DNA from: Nymphaea colorata
Taxonomy: Eukaryota
Length of the DNA stretch: 64,000 nucleotides
Assembly (NCBI RefSeq): GCF_008831285.2
Contig: NC_045138.2
Coordinates: 12,524,001-12,588,000 of the forward strand
Direction: 5' to 3'
Numbering within the stretch: position 1 is the first letter of the stretch; the number at the start of each line of letters is the position of its first letter. A model generated the notes under the pieces. It was not told the origin of the DNA. It searched no databases and saw nothing but the letters and a program-made list of their open reading frames with translations. A program made the translations under genes and the position numbers. Positions 1-12,378 of this stretch are shown here, piece by piece.

Positions 1-47
1 GTTCTTAGTCCCTATGTATGTGTGTGTGTGTGTGCGCACTTATGTAT

Positions 48-197
48 TCACTCTGGCTTGGGCCGAGCCAGCCACAAGGAACTGAGAGCACGAAGCCTGT
101 GGAAGTACTCGCCGATGGCAAGGAAGCAGCGCGCTGCTTGCCGCACTGTGAGCAGCCTTGGCAACTGGTGCAGTGTCTCCCGCCTCAACTTATCGGC
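48..197 (-). CDS. TGA10: TGA10-like last exon (ADKLRRETLHQLPRLLTVRQAARCFLAIGEYFHRLRALSSLWLARPKPE*)
   Basis: tgcag acceptor at 198-200 and TGA stop at 48-50. Conserved TGA C-terminus; missed by the ORF track. Confidence 0.96.
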   Translation of the reverse strand, partial: ADKLRRETLHQLPRLLTVRQAARCFLAIGEYFHRLRALSSLWLARPKPE

Positions 198-3100
198 CTG
201 CATTCTCCAACCGTTTAGCAAAGTAAAAATGGGAATAAAGACAAAACACCTTTTTATATTAAATTATCTACGGCAACAATAAAAAGACTCAAGCCGATTA
301 TTATAGATATATGATGCATGCGATATTGCTCAAGGTCAAAACATGCATGCCTCTACTTCTCATGCAATAGAAGAATTCAACCACCCATTAACGGCAAACA
401 AAAAAATGCCCATAAAAATAAAGAAAAAAACTTTTTTATATTAAATATCTACAGCAACAGTGAGTGGTCTGTTAGTTTTCTATACCCTTAATATCCTTAC
501 AGAATGAGGAGCTTTTCATTTTTTGTAAAGTCTCCCAGTGCATGTTGGCCAAGTCAGGGGAATAAACTCTCGATTCAAGTTGTTTTTTAAACTTGGATCA
601 CAACCAAGATGGCTTATAAACTCAGGAAAAGTATTGCCAATCATTTCTTTAAATAATTCAAATGGTTGTGAAGTATTTGTGAAGACACGAGCTTAACGCT
701 GATAGACACAAAGGTACATAGAAGAATTGACCCAGAAAGCAGGCAAGAGATGAAGCGAAAAGTGTTTGTTTCACTACAAACGGATTACCATAACATAGCT
801 TGCTTACTAGAAGTCATACCTGCCATTCGACTGACATTCTCATATGTTATTTCTTTCGACACAAAAATAACCGGACAGAACTATCAGTTTCAGTATGCCG
901 AACCGTTGGTCATTTGGATTGGCATGAATACTTCCGTAGAAATACTTGGGCCTCCTTCCCCTTTTATATACCAAACTCGGTATCAAATCTCAATCATTTT
1001 ATGCTACTAGGGCATACATTTCTCGGCCTTGTGGCTAAGATCAGGTGTGTTTACGCTGCTAGGGTTATGTTCAAAGTCAAGGATGGCTTTGGAATTAAAA
1101 AATTTGGCAGCTGTTGTGTCTACCATATCTCCCTTCTAAGATGATTATTAAATAATAATTACATAAACTATTAAACATTTGATGTTTTAATAAATAACCG
1201 CTTAATATTTTAAAAAAATTACAAATAAACCCTTAAGTTAAAATAATTATATATAAGCAAACACTTAATTAAATATTAAAAGATTTAAAGTACTTTTTTA
1301 CCCCCACTAACAAAGAAAATGCTTTCAAACAATCCACATTTTTTGAGCTGGTCTAACCATGAATCCATTTTGTATAAAGTGTGTTATAGAGAGGGACAGA
1401 GAAAGAAAAAGCCACCAAATAAAAATATAATTATCAAAATAGGTGACATGCTATCATCAAAAGTTATAAAAAAAGATGTGACAAGAAAAAAAGCATAAAA
1501 TACAAGAGAGAGGTGGAGAGAGAGAGAGAGAGAGAAAGGGAGAGAGAGAGGGAGAGAGAGCTATACAGCAACAGATAGCAACGATAGACATCACACCTAG
1601 TCAATGGCACAAGAAGAATTGCAGGAATAAAGAAAGAGCTCAATCATATTGAAAACAAGGTTGAAGATGAAGACAATTATGTTAGGGAACTTGTATGTCC
1701 TCTGGGAGGAGCTTCATGAGTCAATGGCACAGGAAGAGCCAAAAGTCACATTTTAGATCTAGATCAAGATGGAAGGATTTATACAGACTAGCAAGGAATG
1801 GAAGGCAGTTTCAAAAATTTATTCTTGATCTTCTAGGTAGAAAGGATGACTCTGGAAACTTGATGTGAGGTCTCCTTGAAGGGCATCTTATATCTGCCCA
1901 GGGAAATGCAGAATTGTTGAGATATGTTTCCCTTAGTGAGATGAGAAAATGGTGCTTTCAGTTGATAAAGAGAAGGCATCTGGTCTTGATGGCTTTCTAG
2001 GGAGCTTTTTTCAGCATCGTTAGCACATGACTTGTGTTTATTTTACAGTTAAGAAAGTAAACAACGTGAGAATTGTATTGATTCCCAAAGGTGAAAATGC
2101 CAGAAGCATTAATCAATACACAACTATTAGTTTATGTTAATTTCATGTACACATCCAAGTTGCTGGCTAAGGGAATAAAAGCAAGTTTGGCTAGAATTGT
2201 TGGCAAGGAGCTGTTATTTTTTTGCCAAGGAGGAATTTATATGTTGATGTCATGAGGGCTCATGAAATTATTCACTCATTGAGTGGGTTAAGGAAGGGAT
2301 CCATTTGCATGTAATTGGATCTAGTGAAAGTATATGATAAATTCAACTTGAGTTTCCTATAACAAGTTCTGCCCTTCTTTTGGGGTTCTTTGAACATTAG
2401 GTAAGACATGTAATGGCCTTTGTGGAGACTATATCTTTTGCGTTGCAAGTAAATGACATGATAAGCAAATGTCATGATATGAAAAGGAGTCTCTGGCAAT
2501 GAGATCCCCTATTTCTAGGACTATTTAATGGAAGTAATGACATGGCAACCAGCAAGCGGAGATTAAAATAATGGTAGGCTGGGAAATAGTGAATTTCCAT
2601 GTCAAGTATCTGTCATTGCCCCGATCTAGGAGATAGAAAGGGTGGCTGGTGCCACATGTTGGTGTAAAGTAGACAATAAACATGTACCATAGAAGATATC
2701 ACTTTTATCCTTCTCGGACATGTTGTCTTCTTAAATTTTTCATTAATCAGGTCATTCAGTTTTGGAGTAGTGTCATCAAAATCCTTGAGAAAATTTTACA
2801 AAAACAAAATGCATCCATGATAGGTTACTTATGGGGAAGAACATGGGATGATATGAAGGTCTTCTTGGTTCCTTGAAAGACTTTGTGTAGACCATATCTG
2901 AAAGGAGGGGTGAATTTATATGATATTCATGAACTTAATTGAGTTAGTTTGGAGATCTTGGTTAGAAAATATGTGAATCAAAGTTGGGCAAAATTTGCTG
3001 CTCATAAATATGTGTTATTTCACAGCATATGGACAGTAAAGGGAAGGAGAGGTGCCCCATGGTGGTTTGGAAGAATTAAGGGATGGGACCCTATAGCTAT

Positions 3101-4026
3101 GGATGTCACATGGTCTGTCATGGAGGGAAGAATAAGATATCGGCAAGATGGGTGGGCTAATGCATGGCTCCTTTAGATGATCAAAACAAAAGAGATGATG
3201 GAGTTTGGAAAAACTATCAAGTTTGCAATCAAACGTATGCATTAATCAGATCACACTCTTAATCATGTTTCTGTTACATTATTGGAGAGTTGTTCGGTGG
3301 ATATAACTTATATGTGTAAAGGGTGCGATGAAATGTTATTTAATGGACTTAAAATGGATACAATGAGCACAAACAAGATGTGACAAAAGATTTAGAAAGT
3401 CCATGAAAAAGAAGAGCGGCATAAATGGGTGTGGTGTCTACGAAGGGAAAATTGGTTTGTTTGCAAGACCCTTGACAAATTGCAGAAATGGGGTCTAGCA
3501 GTGATGAATAGATGTTGCATCTATATATGTTAGGAGGAAAACTCAAGCCATATTTTCTTTACATGCAAACTCGGCATTTTGGTTTGGAGGCAGGTATTAG
3601 TAAAATTCAAATATGAAAGAACCCCATATGTAGTTCATTGAAGAATCGATCATGTGGTTCTCAATAAATTTTAGTGAAGGGTGGATGAACGGGTTTTGGA
3701 GGATTACCTTCCACACCATAATTTGGTGCCTATAGGGGCATGAGGAATAAATATGTGTGGACAGTGATAGCAAAAACCTCAAGGGAAAGTTCAAGCATAT
3801 TAGGATTAGGAATCTTGTGGATACGAACAAGGAGCAGTACCTTGCAGGACAAGGGGAGGAGCAAAATAGAGTAAAGAAACACAGACCAAAACAGTAGTGA
3901 CTGCAAACAACACTTTTTATTTCTATTTCACTATATATATATATATAAGAGCATTTATACAAGAGTTTGTTACACATACAGCTGTACAACACAGCTGTAA
4001 AGCACTTACACCTTCGGAAGTCTCTG

Positions 4027-4072
<46 letters not shown>

Positions 4073-7000
4073 GCATTTATACAAGAGTTTGTTACACATA
4101 CAGCTGTACAACACAGCTGTAAAGCACTTACACCTTCGGAAGTCTCTGGATAGAACATTTATTACACTCCCCCTCAAGTTGGATCTCAAATGCAGAGACC
4201 CAATTTGTCTATTAGATTATTGAACACTTCTCTGCTCATAGTCTTTGTTATAATATTATCAAGTTATTGTTTAGAACTTAGGTGTTGAGTACAGATGAGA
4301 TTCCTTACTGTATCTTCTCTGATGGATTTAGTTGTCTCATGAAACACTGGGTTGTTTCCTATATGTATAGCTGCCTTGCTGTCAGAAAAGGGAATCACGA
4401 CCAACTAAATTTTTACCCCCATGTCTGTTAGTAGGTATTTAACCTACAATCATTCACACACCTTGAATGCCATTGCTCTATATTCACTTTCTGCACTTGA
4501 TCTTGCCACCACAGTTTGTTTTTTTACTCTTCCCAGACTAAGTTATCTCCCACAAAGCACCAATAACCGGTGGTGGACTTACGATCACTTGAATTGCTAG
4601 CTCAATTTGCCTCGGCATACCCATATACATTCAAGTTGTTATTTCTTTGAACATAATGCTTTAACCTTGAGTTTTCTTCAAGTATCTTAAAACTCTCAAC
4701 ATAAATTCTAAATGAGGCTGCCTAGGACAGCACATGAACTGGCTTAACAGATTAACTGGACGAGTGATATCAGGTTTGATTCTGTCAAGTATATAACCTT
4801 ACCAATCAGTCTTTGGTAGCTTTTCTTACCAATCAGTCTTTGGCGGCTTTCTTTTTCTGTAACATATTTGCCCTCATCGACACCCAGTTTTTGGTTTAAT
4901 TCCATGGGAGTATCTGCCTCCTTAGCATTCAACATCCATGTTTCCTTCATTAAGTCCCATATGTATTTTTTGCTAACATACAAATATTCCTTCATCTAGA
5001 TGTGACACTTCCATACCAAGGAAGTAATTTAGGATTCCTAGATCCTTTATTTCAAACTATTTTTTCAACATCTGTTTAGTTCTATCAACAAACTCTTTGT
5101 TGCTTCTTGCCATTACTATGTCATCCACATAAATAGCAACCACAGTTGTTTATCTATGTGTAACAACAGAAAAAATTAAGTTATCAATAGTACACATTTT
5201 AAAGAATCCTTCAATTAGCTTTGAACTCAATTTAAAGTACCAAGCCTTAGGAGACTGCTTTAATCCATAGAGTGACTTTTTTAGTTTACATACTAAGGGT
5301 TGTTTGGAATCAATTTCAATTTTGATTCTTGAGGAAACTTCATGTACATTTATTCATCTAATTCCCCATGAAGAAAGGCATTCTTTATGTCCATTCGGTG
5401 TAACTTCCATCTTTTCACTGCAACCACAAACAATAACACTCTCAAAGAACTCATTTTCACTGGATGGGCAAACGTTTCATGGTAATCTATTCCCTGTACT
5501 TGTGTGAATCCTTTTGCTACAAGTCTCACCTTATAGCACCCCACTTTTCTCTTACTATTGTACTTTATTTTGTATCTCCACCTGCAACCCACTAGTTTTT
5601 TTGTTTTTCACAAGTCGGACCAATTCCCAGGTTCCATTCTTTTCTAATGTTGCTAGGTCTTCACACATGGCTCTATGCCATTTCTTTTCACGTTTGGCTT
5701 CATCATAGCATTGAGGTTCTACCTCTATACTTGCTCCTAGCTTGTTTGTACTTGAGATTGATCTATCACTAGTAATACATTCTACATTCTTCTTTGCAGT
5801 GTATAGGTGAAAATCATTAAATCTTGCTCATACCTATCTTACCCTTGTAGTTCTCCTTAGCAAAATTGGTTCATCATGACTCTGTTTCATGATTTTCACA
5901 GCTGAATATGTTCTCATTTCTGTTTTCTGCTTCTCTTTGTGCCTCATTTATTACCAAATCTGATATGTCTACTTCTTCATTTTTATTTATAATAGGCAGT
6001 GAAACCCTAAACTACTTCCCTTATTGAAAACATCTACTTGTGGTTCTAAGTAGTAACACTAATCTTCTATAAATTTAACGTCTCTTGACACATGATACCT
6101 TTTTCTCACTGAATCAAAATATCTATATCCCTGTTTGTTATGTGAATATCATAGAAATATGCATTTTACAATACATTTTTCTAGCTTGTTTCTAGCATGC
6201 TCTTGTAAATGTATATAACACACACAACCAAACACTCTTAAATGCATGAGGGAGCTTGGCTTATTATGTTATATTTTGAACGGACTTTGTTCTATTCATC
6301 AAATAATAGACACAAGCAATTGCATTAGACCAAAATATAGCAGGCACATTCATCTGAAACGTGATTGATCTAGCTATGTTGAGTAGTTTATTTATCCTCT
6401 CGTTGACTCCATTCTATTGGGGTGTACCTCTACATGATATTTGACGTAAGATCCTCTTTTTCCTAGTATAGATGTTAAATTCTAAGTTGACATATTCACC
6501 CCCATTATCTGACCTAATATTTTTTATTTTCTTGTGATATTGTGTTTCAACAAATTGATGATATTCACTGAAAACTATAAACACATCACTTTTCTTTTTC
6601 ACAAAGAAGACCCAAATTGCTCTAGATTTATCATCAATGAATGTTACAAAGTACTTATATTTAGCATGTCCAATTACAGGGGCTGGACCCCATACATTTG
6701 AGTGTATTAGATTGAAACATGAATTAGATATATTTTTAGAGTTTGAGAAACAACTAAGTCATTTTGGCCATTATATAGGCCTCATAACTCTCTAATCCTA
6801 AGAGTGGAAACATGGTCTTCATCACCTTATTTGATGGGTGTCCTTTTGTGGTATTTCTTGCTGTAAATGCTTATATTGAGGCAACTTTACAAAACAGGCC
6901 ATTTTCTTCAGTGTCTTCACCAATCTTCATACGATGTTGGCAATCTAGATGAATCACATTCTTTTTACAAAATATCAAACAACACTCTAATTCATTTGTT

Positions 7001-8459
7001 AACTTGCTGATAGACAATAAATTTCCTGAGCACTTAGGAACATGAAGAACTTGATTTAGCATGCTGTTCTTTTTAAAACAAATTGATCTATGTCCTAAAA
7101 CTGAAACTATTGAATCAGCAGCAATCTGAACATGGATCTATTATCATGCACAATATCAAGTAATCTACGTGTGTTACCCATCATATGATGGGTTGCCCCA
7201 TTATTTAGCACCATTTCTCAGGATTCAAGTGTGCAATAAAAGACTGAGACATTAGGAAGTTACCTTTGTCTAATTTAAAGTCTGTAATCATAGCTAGATT
7301 GAACTTTTTCACCTGTCTGAGGAGTTTTGTCAACTCTGCAATATTGTCATCATGTTGAACGCACTGCTGTCCAAAAAAGCATCAGCGTCCAAGTCCACTG
7401 TGTAGGTTCCAACACCTCTCCTTGGTGTGACCTAGTTTCTTGCGGTAAGTGCAACTGATTTGAGGCTTACCTCTATTGAATGAGGATGAAGGTTTATTTT
7501 CTGCTATGAAAATTGTTTTGTCATTCTAACTTGGAGTAAGATTTTTAGTATTTGTGTGAAATGTAACCCTCTCTTTATTCATTGAAGGTGTCTCTTCTTT
7601 ATTGCTAACCCATTATTCATGACTTTCCTTCTTCTTTCCTCCTAGTGGACGATCACGCACATGTTGTTAAGAGAGGGGAAGGAATAGATCACCATAATCT
7701 AGCTTTTGCGATTATCAAACTCTTGTCCTAGATCAGGTAGCAGTTTAAACACCCTATCTTGTTCAGTTCTTTGCTCGAGTACATCTAAATCAAGAGTCAG
7801 TGAATGATGCCAACTTGTCCTATATAGCCTTAAGTGAACTAAAATAAAGATCATTTTTAAGCTGACAAACACATGCAAAGTTTTGATGCTTGGCATAAAT
7901 CTCTACTAAAGAGTCTCAGATCTCTTTAGTAGAGACTAGGAACAAGAATCTCTCAGCTATGTTTGAGTCAATCGAGTTCAACAACTAGGACATTATGACC
8001 TAGTCATTAACCTCCCATTCCTCATAGCTAGGGTCTATTTTTGAGGCATCTAGATTTTTCTATTGACGTAACCGAACTTGGACTTGCCGACGAGATATAT
8101 GCCTACAAACTCCACCCAAACCATGTAGTTGGCTCCATTCAGCAATGACGTCGTAATTTCCAACATTGGATCAGGATCCTTCATGACCATCTTCACCGCA
8201 GGGTGAGAGTTTCTTGAGCTAAGGTTTGATGCGTTGGAGATATCACTATCGGCCATTGATGTTGATGTGTTTCTTCAAGAGTTGATGATTTCCCAAGCTG
8301 ATCTGCTCTTATTGTGGCTTTGATACCATATTAAGATCAGGAACCTTGTGGAAACAAACAAGGAGCAGTACCTTGTAGGAGAAAGGGAGGAGCAAAACAG
8401 AATGAAGAAACACAGACCAAGACAATAATTACTACGAACAACACTTTTTATTTTTATTC

Positions 8460-8508
<49 letters not shown>

Positions 8509-11500
8509 AGCATAAAATACAAGAGTTTGTTATATATACAGTTGTATGACAGCTATACAACACAGCTGTAAAGCACTTACATCTTCGGAAGTCTTTGGAT
8601 ACAACATTCCTTACAAAGCAAGCTTGGAGAAGATACATTGATGCATATATGGCTGCTGTCAAGAAGAACCAAAGGAAGAAGACTGAAGACAGAATGTGGT
8701 CGGAATTAAGAGTGATGGTAGGGGATTGGCTTGCTATTAACCATGATGATCTGTGTATTCAAGTGCTAACAGCTAAAAGGAAGAATAAGCAATTTGCTAT
8801 TTATTCAACAAAGAGAGGTGTGAATATGGAGGTTTTCTTAGAGGTGGGGGTGTTTGATGGAAATGAACACTTCTTGAAAGTACTATATTGAATGATGTTG
8901 AAGAATGGACAACTAGAAGAGCTAGAAGAGTAAGTAAAGAGTTTTGCCTTGGTAAATTAAGGTAATCTCCCACAATAGAGGATGACTTAGATTGATGAGG
9001 ACCATAGTGAGGAGCTATAAATAGTGTGGCCCATACGATTCACTGCTTAATCAGGATCCTCTATAAGAAGTAGCTAATGAGCTACTTTCCTTTATTTTCA
9101 TTGAAAGTAGACTAAGCTGAGCTTGTTCCGGTTTTTCCTGTTCTTTATTCTAATTTAACCATCAATTCTTTGCAAACTTTTCTTGTATTCTTTGGATTCT
9201 GCATCCATAAAGGTGGGAGGCCAACCCTTCAACAAATGGTTTCTGGATATAATGAATATAAATGCCTCAGCCTATACAACTATCTTAGGTAATATGAGTT
9301 CCAAGCAACTATATTACGTCGTTAATCAAAACATACAACTGTCCGTTATATAAGTTCTGGGCAAAATTTCTGTCCAAAATAATGTATTAGTTCATCAAAA
9401 AAATTCATGATTTTTCTAACACGTCCAGTTTTCTTGCATTATCAAAAGCTGATCTTTTGTTCCATTGTTACACAATGAAATGATTTCGAACTTGCTACTC
9501 CAAATAAGTCACATGTACATACCCAATTATTTCAATGTTTCATTCATTCAATTAGATAGTTTTAAGGTGGTGAACAACATAGCGAAGGTGATGAGCACCT
9601 AGCCACAACATGTGTGCCAATGTTTTAGTTATCAAAGTTTCAAAACACGTCTCTTTATCTTCAATAGTTCCTTTTAGAGAATAAATTACTCAACTTTTAA
9701 CATATGTCTAAAAAGATCCCCTTCTACTCTTAATGAACCAAAAAATAACTGGAAATGGAGAGGTTTCGCATCCACATTTTCTGGGGCTCATTTCTATGTC
9801 ATGACCATAAGAGAGAGGGGAGGGCATTTTTGTTTTGCATTTTTGGATCAGCCTTTTCACGATTTTGTCGTTCTTGTCAAGTGTGATTATATATTAAGAC
9901 AAAAGGCCAAAAGTGATCTTTCTTGTCAAGTTTGATTATAAAGACAAAAGGCCGAGAGTGTCTGAGATGTAAGTTGTTGACAAATTGACTTATTAGAAAA
10001 TATATTGAAGAAATTAATAAGAGTAAAGTAATGTTTTTAGATATATGTTAACATTTTTATTCATGAAAGGTGTGCCTTACAGTTACTCTATAAACTCATG
10101 GGGTTATTACCACTTGCCTGCGTGCATTGTGCTAGGACAACATTATGGTATAACTCAGGGGGTCACTCATAAATTCCTGAATGGTACTAGACAGTTATTT
10201 GTTAAAAAATGGGAAGTTATTTATAAGTTCATCTTCTTTTTTACATGCTTCTCACAAATCTAAGAAATGTATGCAGACTGTACATGTTAAAACACCATGG
10301 AAACATTACGAGCTCTATGCCTAATTCTTTTGATATGCAACAAGATATAGAGTTTAGACAGTTAACATTAAAGCTTCCAAAATTAAAATCTATGCATCCC
10401 AAACTTATATATCCCATAGTGACTTGTAGGTTTTTGGATATAGGCATCAGTAAAGTTACCTGGACGATGAAATCTTCGACGTTGGAGAGTTTGTTCATGG
10501 CAATCGCCATTTGGCCCATGTAGTTAGCCATGTTGGCCGGAGAATTTAAGGAACCAGAGGCAACGGTATGAGAGAGAGACCTGTAAAGATTCTCCATCCC
10601 TTGACTCAGTGAATCTTCTGCCTGTTGAGATGACTGCTGAAGACTGCATATGCCTAGAAACTGTTGTTCAGCCAAAGGTTCTATTTGAGGAACCAATATC
10701 TGGAAGGAGGACATGCAGAGGAGCACATGTTTGTAAATGATATCAAAATCAAAATCCATCATTCAGGAGAATAATAAGTTGGAATGAACAAGAAACACAC
10801 CAAATTAATCTGTTAAAGTGTAGTTAATATTGATATCATTTGCAGCCTTGGCTTAGACAGGACTAGGAGGCTTGAATTTTTTTCCTTAATCCGCACTCAT
10901 AACATGCGCCAGCTAACCCTACAATAGAATTTCCGTAAAACAGCTAGGCCCTTCTATGGGTGAGCAGGAGGTTAACAACCCACAACTCAAAAAAGAGGCC
11001 CCAAAAGTCTCCCTGTTCCCCCTACCCTTAGGGTCCTCGGTTGGGCTGTCAGGAACCTAGGTAGGGTATGATATACCTGTCAAAGAGTGTTGCGATCCCA
11101 TTGTTTCTTGTCTCAAAGGAGCATCACCAGTGGGAATCGAACTGACACCATGCTTTCACTGTGCCGCCTGCCCGATCAGCTATGTTCCTTGGTTCAGTTT
11201 TGCCTTTTTCGCAGTAGGTGCTTACAAAAGAATCCTTAAGGTTAAGGACCGTTCAATTACATTAATGGAGAAACTGCTACAAATACAAAATTCAGGTCTG
11301 ATCTTCACAAAGGCCATTTGAGCTTTACCTTTGGATCATTTGTGGCATCATTTACGCAACTCTGAAGGGCAATAAACGCTCAACTCCACTGAGATATGGT
11401 TAGGAATATAAAAAATTATCTTCTTGTCCTTATGAAGGGACTCATCTTCACAAGTCATCTTTAACTAAACCAACGATATGAATTTGATTTCAGGGTTCCT

Positions 11501-12327
11501 TGTATATTACAAGAATCAGCACAACACCATGTTTAGGTCTGATTCTATAAGCCAAAAGCTGCTTGACCGTTGATTTTAGAACATGTGTATTATGTAAATC
11601 TGTAGGGTTTTGAACCATGACGAAATATGATTTAGATGAAGTGAAGCTGTCTTATATGCAAATTTTGATGTCTTAATTTGAACATGAAGATCGTGCATGT
11701 TATTTGTTTGTTTTGTCAAATGCAGCTTAATGACAAAAAATTTCAAGGGGAGAGTTGTTAGCAAGTGCGACAAGCATTTTCTTAGGGAAATAAGGTAATT
11801 GTTAAACTCTTTAATTTGTCTTTATCCAGCTATGATAAGGTATTTCCTAGAGCTACCAACCATGCAACAGATATGGATTAATTGATATGATAATCCCCTG
11901 AAAAAAAATAAAAAAATTTGAACTTCATTTTTTGGTCTACGGTGCTTCCCACACACACACACACATAGAGTGATTCGTATTTACCAGACCACTTGGGTAA
12001 GGAATAAAAACTAGACCTCTTAAATTCATCTTCAAATGTGTTTAAAACAAAATGCGAATCTTTTATTGTGTTTATAAACATTGATTTAATATAAATCATG
12101 CTTTCGTTCAATTCACTTTGGCAAAAAAAAGGATTTTGTACCATCAAAGTTTTGATGGTGTTAGAGCCATTGATTTTTTCACTATTAAAAAACATTATTT
12201 ATGTAAGAAAACGACTAAATAATGTAAGAAAACAACTAACTTAATATGTTTTTCATCAAATCATTCTTAAGATCATGTATATAAGGATTGCACAAAAATA
12301 TTTTAATAAGTCTAGTTTTTACCAACT

Positions 12328-12378
<51 letters not shown>

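Noticed and set aside
18..282. Plus-strand ORFs 18-218 and 22-282
   Set aside because: Antisense shadows of the last TGA exon.
3597..4223. ORFs of 88-159 aa with YIYIYI runs
   Set aside because: Artefacts of (TA)n tracts in the Copia LTR. The same applies to other YIYI/RERE ORFs (e.g. 14998-15222, 58117-58518).
4800..4853. 27-bp in-frame duplication in Copia 1 RT (QRLIGK twice)
   Set aside because: Real, but an ordinary decay event in a dead element.
11125..11195. Possible tRNA gene
   Set aside because: A and B boxes are present but no acceptor or anticodon stems could be folded; kept only as a SINE candidate.
11965..12330. Inverted repeat TAAAAACTAGAC / GTCTAGTTTTTA between (CA)n and (TA)n tracts
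   Set aside because: Possibly a decayed MITE, but the ends and a TSD could not be defined.
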